Position numbers and translations under genes: made by a program. The notes beneath the pieces were generated by a model. The model ran no database searches. It had not been told where the DNA came from and worked only from the letters and a program-made list of their open reading frames with translations. This document shows, in pieces, positions 50,014 to 59,583 of a stretch of DNA of 64,000 nucleotides (within the stretch, counting starts at the first letter, position 1; every line of letters starts with the position of its first letter). This DNA comes from a bacterium (lineage in GTDB: Bacteria; Krumholzibacteriota; Krumholzibacteriia; LZORAL124-64-63). The stretch covers positions 1 to 64,000 of the forward strand of contig JANOEP010000009.1 of assembly GCA_031441465.1 (NCBI GenBank), written 5' to 3'.

Positions 50014-50379
50014 TCAGGACTTCCTCTTCATGTACCGTATGGTTCGTTCGAGATCCTCGGCGGTAAAGCCGCGGTCACGTGCCGCTCGCAGTAGGTCGGC
50101 CATCGCCCTGGGCTCGGACTTGATGATTTCATCGAGCTCCGGGTCGGTCTTGCCGGCCAGCGCCAGCAATTCATCGGCATCGACTTCGAGCAGTGCGGCC
50201 ATCGTGATGATGTGCTCTGCTCTCGGCGGATCGAATTCTCCGGTTTCGATCTTGCTCAGGAACGTGGCGCTTATACCGACTTTCTGTGCGAACTGCCTGA
50301 GGGAAAAAGTGGGATCGACCGCCTTCTTCGCCTCGCGGAGATCACGAATCCGCTGCCCGAATCTTAGGTTTCCTGCCAT
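50014..50379 (-). CDS. XRE-family HTH repressor (ImmR-like)
   Basis: FGQRIRDLR...SLRQFA..VGIS.TFLSKIE.G..PP; paired with ImmA. Confidence 0.9.
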   Translation of the reverse strand: MAGNLRFGQRIRDLREAKKAVDPTFSLRQFAQKVGISATFLSKIETGEFDPPRAEHIITMAALLEVDADELLALAGKTDPELDEIIKSEPRAMADLLRAARDRGFTAEDLERTIRYMKRKS

Positions 50380-50558
50380 GGTTTCACCGCCTTCCTCTTG
50401 CCGAACGGCCTGGGTGACGCGCTCGGTCTGTCGGACATCGCCGCCCGTTCATGTTCAGTTAATACTACACACAAGCTCGGCCGTCAAGGGTGTGTGATCT
50501 GATCGCGGTCGGTCTGTTGTGAAATAACAAGTTAGGGTTTTTGCCCTGCGCCCTAGAG

Positions 50559-50969
50559 TCAGTCCGGGACCCCCGCCTTGAGGTCCCGCCACATCACCCG
50601 CTGCTTCCGCCAGTCCGGAACCGCGGCGATCGGCCGGACCATCTTCTCGCCGACGGGGGCCCGGCCGCCATCCGAGCGGGGCAGGTACAGGATCTCCTCC
50701 TGGATGTCCGGAGCCAGGAGAACCAGGCTCATGATCTGCGTCATGCGGGCGCGCGTCACCAGCTGCAAGCGGGCCAGCTCGGCGTAATCGGCGACTTCCC
50801 CTTGCCGATGGAGGTCCGCCATGTGGATCGCCAAGGCCATCACGCGCGAGATGCGAGGCACGCCGCCCAGAGCCGGCGGGTTCGCCTTGACCCCTTCCTG
50901 AATCACCTTCCTGCCACGCTTCATACTCCGGAAATGGACTTCCTTCGTGATCTTCAGCGGCCGTGTCAT
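50559..50969 (-). CDS. Recombinase-associated HTH protein
   Basis: YAELAR...VTRARMTQIM.L..LAPDIQEEIL; ATGA-coupled to recombinase. Confidence 0.7.
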   Translation of the reverse strand: MTRPLKITKEVHFRSMKRGRKVIQEGVKANPPALGGVPRISRVMALAIHMADLHRQGEVADYAELARLQLVTRARMTQIMSLVLLAPDIQEEILYLPRSDGGRAPVGEKMVRPIAAVPDWRKQRVMWRDLKAGVPD

Positions 50970-52519
50970 GCGTTCTCCTCCGCGTACTCGCGCGACAACA
51001 TCTCGATGCCCGCCGGGTGGAAGGTCACCGCCACCGTTCCCTTGTCGCCGTCGTAGTCCACGCGCTGGATCAAGAGTCGCAGCACCCGCGCCTGCTCGCG
51101 CAGCGTGAGCGTCTCCCAGACAGGATCGAAGGCGGCCATCGCTCGGGCGGCCTCTTTCTCGTCGATCAGATCCCGCCCCAAGGTGGCCATCTCCTCCCGG
51201 ATCTCAGCCAGGCGCAGCTCCACGCCACGAATGCGATCCAACAGGTCAGCCATGCGGTCGGTGGCCGTGCCGCCAGAACCGACCGAACCCGCCAGGTCGC
51301 GCATCTGGGCGTTGTGGCGCCTCAGTTCGCGCGTCAGACCCGACTTCTCAGCCTCGAGCTCCTTGATCCGCGCCTTGGCCTCTGCCCGCGCTCCACCCAG
51401 CGTCTCGGCCAGGAGCGCTGGATCGCTCCCGATGCAACGCACCTGGTCGATGACGAACTTCTCGATCTCGCCGGCGGGGATCGCCTTCGACGGGCAGTTG
51501 TGCCAGCCGCGCTTCTGGGCGTTGGCGCAGACGTAGTACCGGTAGCGCCGGTCCTTCTTGGTGGCGTGGGTCGGCACCATGGCGCAGTTGCACGGCACGC
51601 AATTGATCAGGCCCTTGAGGATGGCGCCGAACTGGTTGCAAACGTGCCTGCCGCCATTGGCCCCGTTGCGCCCCAGGATCTGCCTGACGCGGCGGAACGT
51701 CTCGTCGTCCACGATCGCCGGTTGCTCCCCGGCGTGAATCTCGTCCTTGTAGGTCGACCGGCCGGTATAGAGGACATTGGTCAACAGGCAGTAGAGGCTG
51801 TGCTTGTTGAAGGGCGAGCCGCCGGATTCGCGGCCCTTCCTGGTGGTCCACTGCTTGTTGGTCCACCCCCGCGCGTCCAGCTCCGCAATGGTGGCGATGA
51901 GCGACTCGCGGTCCAGGTAAAGCTCGTAGATGGCCCGCACGTGGGTGGCCTCCGCCTCGTTGACCAGCAGGCGGCCGCCTCGAGGATCGACGTCGAAACC
52001 GAGGATCGGCCGCCCACCGGACCACTTCCCCTTGCGGCGGGTCGCAGCGATCTTGTCGCGCGTGCGCTCGGAGATGATCTCCCGCTCGAACTGCGCGAAC
52101 GACAGCAGGATGTTCAGGGTCAGCCGACCCATGGAACTAGTCGTGTTGAACTGCTGCGTCACAGAGACGAAGGAGACGCCGCGCTTGTCGAGGGCTTCCA
52201 TGATCCGGGTGAAGTCCAGCAGGCTGCGCGACAACCGGTCGACCTTGTAGACCACGATGCAGTCGATCCGCCCGGCCTCGACGTCGGCCATCAGGCGCTT
52301 GAACGCTGGGCGTTCCATGTTGCCGCCAGTGTAGCCACCGTCATCGTATCGGTCCGGCAGGCAGACCCACCCCTCGCTCTTCTGGCTGGCAATGAAGGCC
52401 TCGCCGGCCTCGCGCTGGGCGTCGAGGCTGTTGAACTCCTGCTCGAGCCCTTCCTCTGTGCTCTTGCGGGTGTAGGTGGCGCAGCGAATGGTCGGGGTGC
52501 CCGTCCTCCTACCGGCCAT
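50966..52519 (-). CDS. Large serine recombinase (integrase)
   Basis: YTRKS catalytic motif, SLDAQRE, ERPA, VYKVDRLSRS, FEREIISER, recombinase domain, Zn ribbon CVPC...YYVC...C, coiled coil. Confidence 0.95.
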   Translation of the reverse strand: MAGRRTGTPTIRCATYTRKSTEEGLEQEFNSLDAQREAGEAFIASQKSEGWVCLPDRYDDGGYTGGNMERPAFKRLMADVEAGRIDCIVVYKVDRLSRSLLDFTRIMEALDKRGVSFVSVTQQFNTTSSMGRLTLNILLSFAQFEREIISERTRDKIAATRRKGKWSGGRPILGFDVDPRGGRLLVNEAEATHVRAIYELYLDRESLIATIAELDARGWTNKQWTTRKGRESGGSPFNKHSLYCLLTNVLYTGRSTYKDEIHAGEQPAIVDDETFRRVRQILGRNGANGGRHVCNQFGAILKGLINCVPCNCAMVPTHATKKDRRYRYYVCANAQKRGWHNCPSKAIPAGEIEKFVIDQVRCIGSDPALLAETLGGARAEAKARIKELEAEKSGLTRELRRHNAQMRDLAGSVGSGGTATDRMADLLDRIRGVELRLAEIREEMATLGRDLIDEKEAARAMAAFDPVWETLTLREQARVLRLLIQRVDYDGDKGTVAVTFHPAGIEMLSREYAEENA

Positions 52520-53009
52520 CGGCGCACCCCTTTTCAACCAAATTGAAGAACCCGAACCCATTCCAGTGGGTGCCCGTGACCTTCTTGGCCACGGCGCTCA
52601 AGGTCCGGTAGATGTCGCCCTCGTACTCGAACCCCTTTGGTAGGACCCGCACCTCGATGACCTGGCCCTTGTAGCGGCGTGTGATGATCGCGCCGGGCAT
52701 GGGCAGGCGGTCGTCCTGGGGGAATTCGATGGGAGCGGTTGCGGTCACGCCGCCGGGCACGACGGCCCGCGGCCTCGGTGCGGTCAGGCGGACGTCCGAC
52801 TCGGTGGCCAGTTCCCGGGCCCGCTGCCGGGCACGCTCGGACAAATCGCCCTCCTGGTTGACCTGCAAGCGCCAGACGATCCGGCGGATCAGGAACTCCT
52901 TGTGACGGGAGGCCGTGTCCTCGCCAAAGACCTCGGCGTACTTCCTCCGCAGCTCCGGCACCGTCATGCGCTTCAACGCGGTGATTTCCTTCCCGATGTT
53001 CAACGCCAT
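52509..53009 (-). CDS. DUF2924 domain protein
   Basis: L.RRI.WRLQ...G.LS, PG..I.R.YKG, F.YEG..Y.TLSAVA...TGTHWNG..FF; upstream of serine recombinase. Confidence 0.88.
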   Translation of the reverse strand: MALNIGKEITALKRMTVPELRRKYAEVFGEDTASRHKEFLIRRIVWRLQVNQEGDLSERARQRARELATESDVRLTAPRPRAVVPGGVTATAPIEFPQDDRLPMPGAIITRRYKGQVIEVRVLPKGFEYEGDIYRTLSAVAKKVTGTHWNGFGFFNLVEKGCADGR

Positions 53010-53022
53010 GGTGCATCTCCTC

Positions 53023-53235
53023 TCATGTTCTCGGCTCGGCTAACCAGGACACATGAGGGTCGCCGGGCGCGGACACATCAAGGGCTTTCTGGTCGGTGGA
53101 ATCGGGCGCGGAATCGCATGCTTCCGGCGGGTTCGTGCATGCGGTGCGCAGGCGGAGCAGGCCGCGGCCAAGGATGGCGGCGACCTCCTGACGGTGCTGC
53201 GTTGGGGTCAGATCATCGGGGATTGAATGCTGCAA
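53023..53235 (-). CDS. Hypothetical small protein, first gene of recombinase operon
   Basis: TTG start after GGAGG; EVAAILGRGLLRL motif. Confidence 0.55.
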   Translation of the reverse strand: MQHSIPDDLTPTQHRQEVAAILGRGLLRLRTACTNPPEACDSAPDSTDQKALDVSAPGDPHVSWLAEPRT

Positions 53236-53270
53236 GGGTCGCCTCCGGGTAACGGTAACACCTCTGGTGT

Positions 53271-53301
53271 TTACCTACCCGGAGACAGTTGAATGTGTCG
53301 G
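53271..53301 (-). promoter_or_regulatory. Candidate phage-sigma promoter copy 3 (CCGACAC-N14-GGGTAGGTAA)
   Basis: Same motif and spacing; 36 nt upstream of recombinase operon. Confidence 0.75.
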
Positions 53302-53418
53302 ATCCACCGTTGCGACGCCTCGCAGCGCACGGACCTGGCTTTCCGCTCAAGAGGAAATCTTGCTCGGAGACCAGGCGTGGGGTGAGTGATGCGAGGTCAC
53401 GAGCTCCATTCTCACCGC

Positions 53419-54159
53419 TCACAGAAGACCGGACTTGGCCGTTAGGTTCCTCAGATTGTCACGAATTCGTTCACGTGCTTCCAGTGGATCCACCCTCCAG
53501 ATGTCTCCGAGCGCACGCTCCGCCTGATCCACATCCCAGGGGAACAGCGGTTCCATGCCGTTTCTCGTGAACGGTCCGTCTGTCTCCGTCAATACGCGGT
53601 CGATTGGCATCAGACCGACGAGTTTCCGACCTTTCTCGCCCTTCAGCATCGCGGGCCCCACGCTGAACCAGCACCCCAGCGAGATGGCGCGCAGCAACTC
53701 CCTCTCGGTCCCGGAGAACCAGTGAAGCACCGGCGTGCTTGATCCTACATAGCGCTCGATCTCGTCAAACGTCTCTGTGGCCGCCCCCCTCGAGTGAACA
53801 CTCATGATGCGCCCGCCCTCATGGTCAACTGCCTGGAGGATCGTTCGGAAGATCTCTGTTTGTAATGGGAGTGATGCTCGATGCCGTCGCGAACCGTCGA
53901 GCCCGATTTCACCGACGAATCTGGCTTCCGGCAAGAGTTTAATGAACCGCGCTACCTCTCCCGCCCGTTCGACCACCAGCTCGGGATGGAGACCTAACCC
54001 CAAGTGCACTCTCGGCGCGCTGTCAATGACTCGCTTGGTTCCGCTCCATGCCAGCGGGGTGGTCGTAACGGCCAGAACGTAGCATTGCCTTCGCACAGCT
54101 TCGACGACGACCGCTTGTGGGTCGGGGTACAGATCGATGTGGCAGTGCAGATCAATCAC
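53419..54159 (-). CDS. qatD: Qat anti-phage system TatD-family nuclease
   Basis: DLHCHIDLYPD, GLHPEL, GEIGLDGS, HSRGA, LHWFSG, ETDGPF. Confidence 0.92.
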   Translation of the reverse strand: MIDLHCHIDLYPDPQAVVVEAVRRQCYVLAVTTTPLAWSGTKRVIDSAPRVHLGLGLHPELVVERAGEVARFIKLLPEARFVGEIGLDGSRRHRASLPLQTEIFRTILQAVDHEGGRIMSVHSRGAATETFDEIERYVGSSTPVLHWFSGTERELLRAISLGCWFSVGPAMLKGEKGRKLVGLMPIDRVLTETDGPFTRNGMEPLFPWDVDQAERALGDIWRVDPLEARERIRDNLRNLTAKSGLL

Positions 54160-55427
54160 AGTATTCCCGATGCCTCAAGGAGGATCCGAGCTTCATCGAT
54201 ACCGCGACCTACGGTTTGCGTGAACGGTGTCGGGTTGTCGAGCTCTGCGAAACTGATTGCCCCAGACGCCCAGCGCTCGACATCCTCTGCCTGCACTCGC
54301 AAGCACGCCATGGCGAGAGAACGAACGTCGTCGAACTCCCGCTGTGCACTCAGGTTAGCGAACTCGTAGACCGTGCCGTCAGGCTGTCCCCATCTTAGGA
54401 AAGCGGCCCGCCGTACCAGACACGGGATACACCGTCCACAGTGCTTGTAGCCGTAGCGCCCAAACCTCCCGCAGCTCGTGGATTGACTCGCGAGGTTTTG
54501 AAGAAGATCCTGCCGGCGACACTCCGCAAGTAGCTCGCCTTTCGTTCGAAACTGGTACGGGTTCCGAATCACAACGTTCAGCCCCACCGTTTCCCAGATG
54601 CTCTGCATCTGCCGGAGGAAGTACGGATGGGTGGTTCGCGTACTCAGACTTCCAATCCGAAGGTTGGTCAATGGAACGTTCATGCTGATGAAGCCGTTCT
54701 CCGGCACAACGAGATGGACAGAAGTCGCCGCCGACTCTCGGAGCGCAGAGGCAGCGAGCAGGCCGTACGCGAGGAATATGACAGAACGCGCCCTTTGGGA
54801 GCGCTCAGCCGTACCGGGCGGTCGGGCAGCGTGCGAGAGCTGAAGATGAGTCAGGCCAGAGCCGATCGTGGCCGCGAAAGCACCTTGTCGATCAGAATCG
54901 CCGCTAGCTCGTTGGCTGACGAGAATGGGCGTCCTCCCCTCGTCGACAAGGTCGATCGCGCCCACCAGGCTGTCCATGCCGCCAGAGAGCAGACACACGG
55001 TGTCCCCGGATGGCCGCCTCTGACCAAGTCGTCTCCGCTTTGCCCGCGGGGGAGGAGTCGGACCACCGCCCTCAAATTCGATAGTCCAGACGTCACCTGT
55101 GAGAAACCCTAGCGCCTTTTCGAGTGCAGCGGCTTGGGGCGTCCAGGTCAACGGCGATTGCACAGCCACGCTTAACTCAATCTGACGAGTCCAGCCATCT
55201 GCGCTTCTGTGCCGCAGACATCCTTGGTCCGCCGCAATCACTGCCAAGGCGATAGACAAGAAGTCCCAGGTCATGGAATCGACAACGAGCCCCGATCGAC
55301 GCACCTCGATCGGAATCGATGACCCAACCCGGCCGATCCGGCCCGACGTCGGTGCCGTGTACATTGCGAAGGCAATCCCCGTGGCATCGTCCATCGCGGG
55401 CGGGTTCTGGGAGCATACGATCTTCAC
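54156..55427 (-). CDS. qatC: Qat anti-phage system QueC-like protein
   Basis: DGWTR, LLSGGMDS PP-loop, ERSQRARS, PENGFIS, STRTTHP, TKGE, HCGRC.PC..RR. Confidence 0.92.
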   Translation of the reverse strand: MKIVCSQNPPAMDDATGIAFAMYTAPTSGRIGRVGSSIPIEVRRSGLVVDSMTWDFLSIALAVIAADQGCLRHRSADGWTRQIELSVAVQSPLTWTPQAAALEKALGFLTGDVWTIEFEGGGPTPPPRAKRRRLGQRRPSGDTVCLLSGGMDSLVGAIDLVDEGRTPILVSQRASGDSDRQGAFAATIGSGLTHLQLSHAARPPGTAERSQRARSVIFLAYGLLAASALRESAATSVHLVVPENGFISMNVPLTNLRIGSLSTRTTHPYFLRQMQSIWETVGLNVVIRNPYQFRTKGELLAECRRQDLLQNLASQSTSCGRFGRYGYKHCGRCIPCLVRRAAFLRWGQPDGTVYEFANLSAQREFDDVRSLAMACLRVQAEDVERWASGAISFAELDNPTPFTQTVGRGIDEARILLEASGIL

Positions 55428-56224
55428 TCGACATACTCCTCGAACACCGAAAAGGTCTCTTGGATGACCTTGCTCGTGAGAATTGCGACGGCCGAGCCAT
55501 CCATGGGACGACTAGTCTGTCGCTGCGTCCGGAATGCCGCCGAGACCGTCTCCTCGACGTACTCCCGGATCTCCTTCATTCGATCGATAGCAGAAGCCGG
55601 ACTGGGAGCCTTTTCCAAGATGGACCTGCCCACGTCGAGCTCGATGCGCTGCACGATTTCGTACACTATGTGGCGCTCAAGAACCCACTCGATCTGCTGC
55701 TCCGTAAGCGACGCGATGTCCACGTTGGGGTCGTTCGCCAGGAGATCGGAAAGAGCCGCGTTGACCGCCCTCTGGCTCGACTCCGCATCTTGTGTGCCAT
55801 CACTGGGACTGACGAATCTGGCGACCCTGTCGATAATCTCCCGAGCCGATCGCCCTGCAAGACTTGCCGCATCAAAGCCAAGATGCGCGGGATCGATGGT
55901 ACCGGCGCTGAGCCCTCTGAGGGCGTCGACGAGAACGCCGGAGCGATTGGCCGCACCTCCCATTCTCCGGGCGGCGCTGCGCGACCCACCCAAGCCCTTA
56001 CCCGCATAGCTGGCGAGACCGCGGCGAAGCGATGAGCGATCACCTGACCGTGCGAAATCGCCGAGCCCCCGCCGCGCAGTGCCGAACCTCGCTCGGGGTG
56101 CGAGAGGCCCTGCGGCAGATTGGTCTTGCTCGGCGACCGGTTCCGGCTCGCCAGCCTCCGGTACCCACGGAGGAACGAGCGGCACCCCACTCCCAGGGCC
56201 GGAACTGGACGCGGAGGTCCCCAT
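55424..56224 (-). CDS. qatB: Qat anti-phage system protein QatB
   Basis: N-terminus MGTS.SS.GP....PLVPPW, RF..AR; TGATG coupling to qatA fixes start at 56224. Confidence 0.88.
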   Translation of the reverse strand: MGTSASSSGPGSGVPLVPPWVPEAGEPEPVAEQDQSAAGPLAPRARFGTARRGLGDFARSGDRSSLRRGLASYAGKGLGGSRSAARRMGGAANRSGVLVDALRGLSAGTIDPAHLGFDAASLAGRSAREIIDRVARFVSPSDGTQDAESSQRAVNAALSDLLANDPNVDIASLTEQQIEWVLERHIVYEIVQRIELDVGRSILEKAPSPASAIDRMKEIREYVEETVSAAFRTQRQTSRPMDGSAVAILTSKVIQETFSVFEEYVE

Positions 56225-58083
56225 CAGACATCCTTCTTTGCGAGCGCCTTGATTGCCTTCTTCACCGGTCCCGGTGTCTCCGGGCTCTTCGACCACAGAT
56301 CGAGCGCCTCGCGCGCCCAATCTTTGTCGCCGAGCAGGGGAATGATGGCCGGGGTCAGGCGCGACGGGCTGAGCTGTGTCAGGAATTTGCCGAACGCCGT
56401 AGCCATCTCAGGCGCTGCTTCGATGAGCGCGAGGAACGCCCACAACACGTTTGGCTTGCCCCACGACTGCTCCTGCCGAGCGCGGACCATCAGGCGCTCT
56501 ACTATGATCGTGTGGTCTCTGCCTGGAAGTGCGCGGAGTGAATCGCCAAGAGTCGAGGTGGCGGAAGTCAGCTTCAGAAGCCCTTCGAGCAGCGCGAGTG
56601 CCGGCGTGGACATCTGATCGGCTGCGGTTACGATGGGGAGCGTCTCCCGACTGACGTAGACGACGGCGCGAAGATCGAGCTCCCCCAGTTCGGGTTCGAG
56701 GGCAAGCCAGTCCTTCACAAATGGCGTATCCCAATCGCGGTCGGGCCGGGTAATGTCGCCCCCCGAACGAGCCTGTCGTTCCCACTCCGCCAGAAACGCT
56801 GGGCGTCCTTCATCACCATCGTTTACGGCTGTCACCAGGCGCTGGTACGCCGATTCGGCAGCACACCGCTCAAAGAGCAGCACCTTTGCGAGCGTCGACT
56901 CGTCGACCGCCACGCCCTGTGACTTCGCGACCGCTAGACGGATCCATAGTGTGTTCAGAAACCGCTTGATCAGACGGGGATTTCCGTTGATCTGTTGGGC
57001 GGTCGTCATTAGCGGAGCGAGTCGATCGGCGAGCTCCAGGTTCGCTCGGACTCCCACATCGACGTCCGGAACAAGCTCGGTCATGAAGGCCAGGTCGACG
57101 CGCTTACCAGACCAGGATGATGTAAGGCGCTCGCAGACCTTCGAGCGAATTTCCTCCATTCGCTCATCACTTAACCCCGCCTTGTTCAGATAGAGCAACA
57201 TCAAGTAGGCGCGAACTTCCTGGGTGCCCAATGGCGGCACGCGGAGTGGAACCTGGATGAGCTTGTCGAAATAGTTCGTGACCAGGTCGTTGTCAAACTC
57301 TACGCCCGTGAAGTGAACGCGCACGGCGTGACGGATCATCTTGTCGTCCGCAGCAATCACGAATGCCGTTCGCGGTAGAAACAGGAACAGTCGCATGGCC
57401 TCCAACGTGGAAATTGCTGTAGCGGGAAGGCATCGATCGAGGTCGTCGATAAAGACGACCAACGTCGTGTCCATCGCCTTGAGGATCTCCTCGAACTGTT
57501 CCCGCAGCGCGTGGATCTGCTGAGGCGGCGTCTCTTCTTTGGCCGGCTTGACCGTCTCGGCCCCCGCCTTCACAACCTCTTTGCCCGCCTTCTCGAGGGT
57601 CGCAACGTCCTTCTTCGTAACGTCGCCATCCGTCACTCCTTGTAACGCGGCCCAGGCTGCTCCCAATATGCCGACGGGAGGTATTCCAGCGGCCATCGCC
57701 ACGGCAGAGCCGGCGGTGAGTCCGGCGACACGAAACCAGTCGACGCGCCCCAGGAACTTCTTTGCCTTGGTCAGCGCCGTCCGGTTGTCCGCGGCCTTCT
57801 CGACCAGCTTGGTGGCAATCTCTTCGAGCAGCGCGGCGCGCGCGTCATCGTATCCCTGGTAGAGCCAGGCGTTGAAGTTGACAAAGAGGTACTTCTTACC
57901 TTCGTCACGCGCCTTCAAGGCGTCGGAGATGAGGTTCAACATCGAAGACTTGCCGACACCCCAGCCACCCGATACGCCGATCGATAGCGGCGAACCATCC
58001 GCCTGTACGATCAGCTCTGCGGCAGTCTCGGCTACGCATCGGAAGTTGAGATAATCCTCTCTGGTGTCGTTATCGGACCACAA
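56224..58083 (-). CDS. qatA: Qat anti-phage system KAP-family P-loop NTPase
   Basis: MWSD..T..DYLNF, GGWGVGKSS, FNAWLYQGYDD, FIDDLDRCLP, YFDKLIQVP, NPRLIKRFLN. Confidence 0.92.
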   Translation of the reverse strand: MWSDNDTREDYLNFRCVAETAAELIVQADGSPLSIGVSGGWGVGKSSMLNLISDALKARDEGKKYLFVNFNAWLYQGYDDARAALLEEIATKLVEKAADNRTALTKAKKFLGRVDWFRVAGLTAGSAVAMAAGIPPVGILGAAWAALQGVTDGDVTKKDVATLEKAGKEVVKAGAETVKPAKEETPPQQIHALREQFEEILKAMDTTLVVFIDDLDRCLPATAISTLEAMRLFLFLPRTAFVIAADDKMIRHAVRVHFTGVEFDNDLVTNYFDKLIQVPLRVPPLGTQEVRAYLMLLYLNKAGLSDERMEEIRSKVCERLTSSWSGKRVDLAFMTELVPDVDVGVRANLELADRLAPLMTTAQQINGNPRLIKRFLNTLWIRLAVAKSQGVAVDESTLAKVLLFERCAAESAYQRLVTAVNDGDEGRPAFLAEWERQARSGGDITRPDRDWDTPFVKDWLALEPELGELDLRAVVYVSRETLPIVTAADQMSTPALALLEGLLKLTSATSTLGDSLRALPGRDHTIIVERLMVRARQEQSWGKPNVLWAFLALIEAAPEMATAFGKFLTQLSPSRLTPAIIPLLGDKDWAREALDLWSKSPETPGPVKKAIKALAKKDV

Positions 58084-58896
58084 TGTGGTCTCCTTCCAGC
58101 CACGCCATCGTCTTCATGACAAGCGCCATGGATCGGTCCCGTCCGCGCCTCAGCTTTCACAAAGGGGCGGGGAACAATTCTCCCCTTACCTCGGCAGTTG
58201 CAGAATCCAGTGCTTGGGACCCGGGCAACCGCGGACTGGCGCCGCACACCTGCGCTGCCTGCGGGGTCCGTCAATCTTGCTTGTCGAGGCTGAGTCATAC
58301 CTCTTGAAGCCATCACAGCCCCACCCAGAGGCGTGGTTCGGTTACAGATACGCCAAACCCCGCAATGCTCATTCGGACACTTGGATCCGCGTCCGGAATC
58401 ATATGCCACATTCCTTGCGAACACGATACGTAACTGCTGCGTTAAATCCGAGAGTGGTGCGAAACAGTCGGGTAAGCCAGAGAAGTCGCCTCCCCCGGTC
58501 CCCCACAGATCCGAAGTTGAGGCATCCCCCCATTCCGTCCGGTTCCTGAGGGCGGGAGTTCATACGAAGAAGCTAGCGGCAGTTTCTCCACAGTGGAAAC
58601 CGCCCCTCTCTTGATGACGGTTACGATCGACCACCACGAGCTTCCCGAGCGCTAAATCCGAGGGGGTTGTGAAACAGAGATTCCGAGAGTTTTTCTACCA
58701 CCGACCGGGGTCCGGCCGTAACCCCTGACTGTTCCCACCGACCCCCAAACTCTCCTCCCAAAACAGAGATTTCGACCCCACCCGGCGAAACCGCGCAATC
58801 CGTTGCCAGACTTGGGGATAAGCGAAAAGCCCGAAAGCTCTCGCCCCGGGCCACGCCGCTAACCGGAAGGTATGTCGAATTCCGCTGAAAAAGGAT

Positions 58897-58971
58897 TGGC
58901 TCCCCGGGTAGGGCTCGAACCTACAACCCTGCGGTTAACAGCCGCATGCTCTACCATTGAGCTACCGAGGA
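58897..58971 (-). tRNA. tRNA-Asn (anticodon GTT)
   Basis: TCCTCGG TA GCTC AATGGTA GAGC A TGCGG CTGTTAA CCGCA GGGTT GTAGG TTCGAGC CCTAC CCGGGGA G CCA: complete cloverleaf with encoded CCA. Confidence 0.97.
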
Positions 58972-59187
58972 ACCAGAACTCGTGCGTTGGATACCGCCGC
59001 CCAAGCTGGGCGCTCCAGCGGAATCGGTACGATAGCCGATCAAGCCCAACCTGTCAAGATATCGGCCGTTCCGGGGCTTTCTTGAGGATTCCCGCCTGGG
59101 TCGGGCTCCGATCCCTCTTGCCGAACCGGCTCGTTCGCGATCTAATCGCGGAGCTGACCCCCATCTCCCCACGCGCGGAGGAACCTC

Positions 59188-59532
59188 ATGAAGCCCCACG
59201 CCTGGATCCACGAGTTCCCCGCCGCGATCACCGTCTGCGACGCGGCGGGGATCATTCTCGAGATGAACGCGCGCGCCATCGCGACCTTCGCCGACCAGGG
59301 CGGCGCCGCCCTGGTCGGCCTGAACCTCCTGGACTGCCACCCCGAACCCTCGCGCTCGCAGGTGACCTCCATGCTGACCAACCGCACCCGCAACGCCTAC
59401 ACGATCGAGAAGCGCGGCGTGCGCAAGCTGATCTACCAGTCCCCCTGGTTCCTGGACGGCGAGTACGGCGGCTTCGTGGAGCTGTCGCTGGAGATCCCCG
59501 CGGCGATGCCGCACTTCGTCCGTCAGGGCTGA
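59188..59532 (+). CDS. Stand-alone PAS domain protein
   Basis: AITVCD..GII..MN, LVG.NLLDCHP, YTIEK.G; SD GGAGG. Confidence 0.8.
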   Translation: MKPHAWIHEFPAAITVCDAAGIILEMNARAIATFADQGGAALVGLNLLDCHPEPSRSQVTSMLTNRTRNAYTIEKRGVRKLIYQSPWFLDGEYGGFVELSLEIPAAMPHFVRQG

Positions 59533-59583
59533 TTCGGGCCCGGTGATTGGCTGCGTTCGCGGGATTGCCGTATCCTGATCCGC

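Noticed and set aside
50459..50487. Sigma70-like promoter for repressor (TTGACG-N17-TATTAA, minus strand)
   Set aside because: Plausible, but the -10 is imperfect and there is no independent support; not listed as a feature.
58032..58614. Short ORFs between qatA and the tRNA
   Set aside because: No SD, motif or codon support; treated as qat promoter and element-end sequence.
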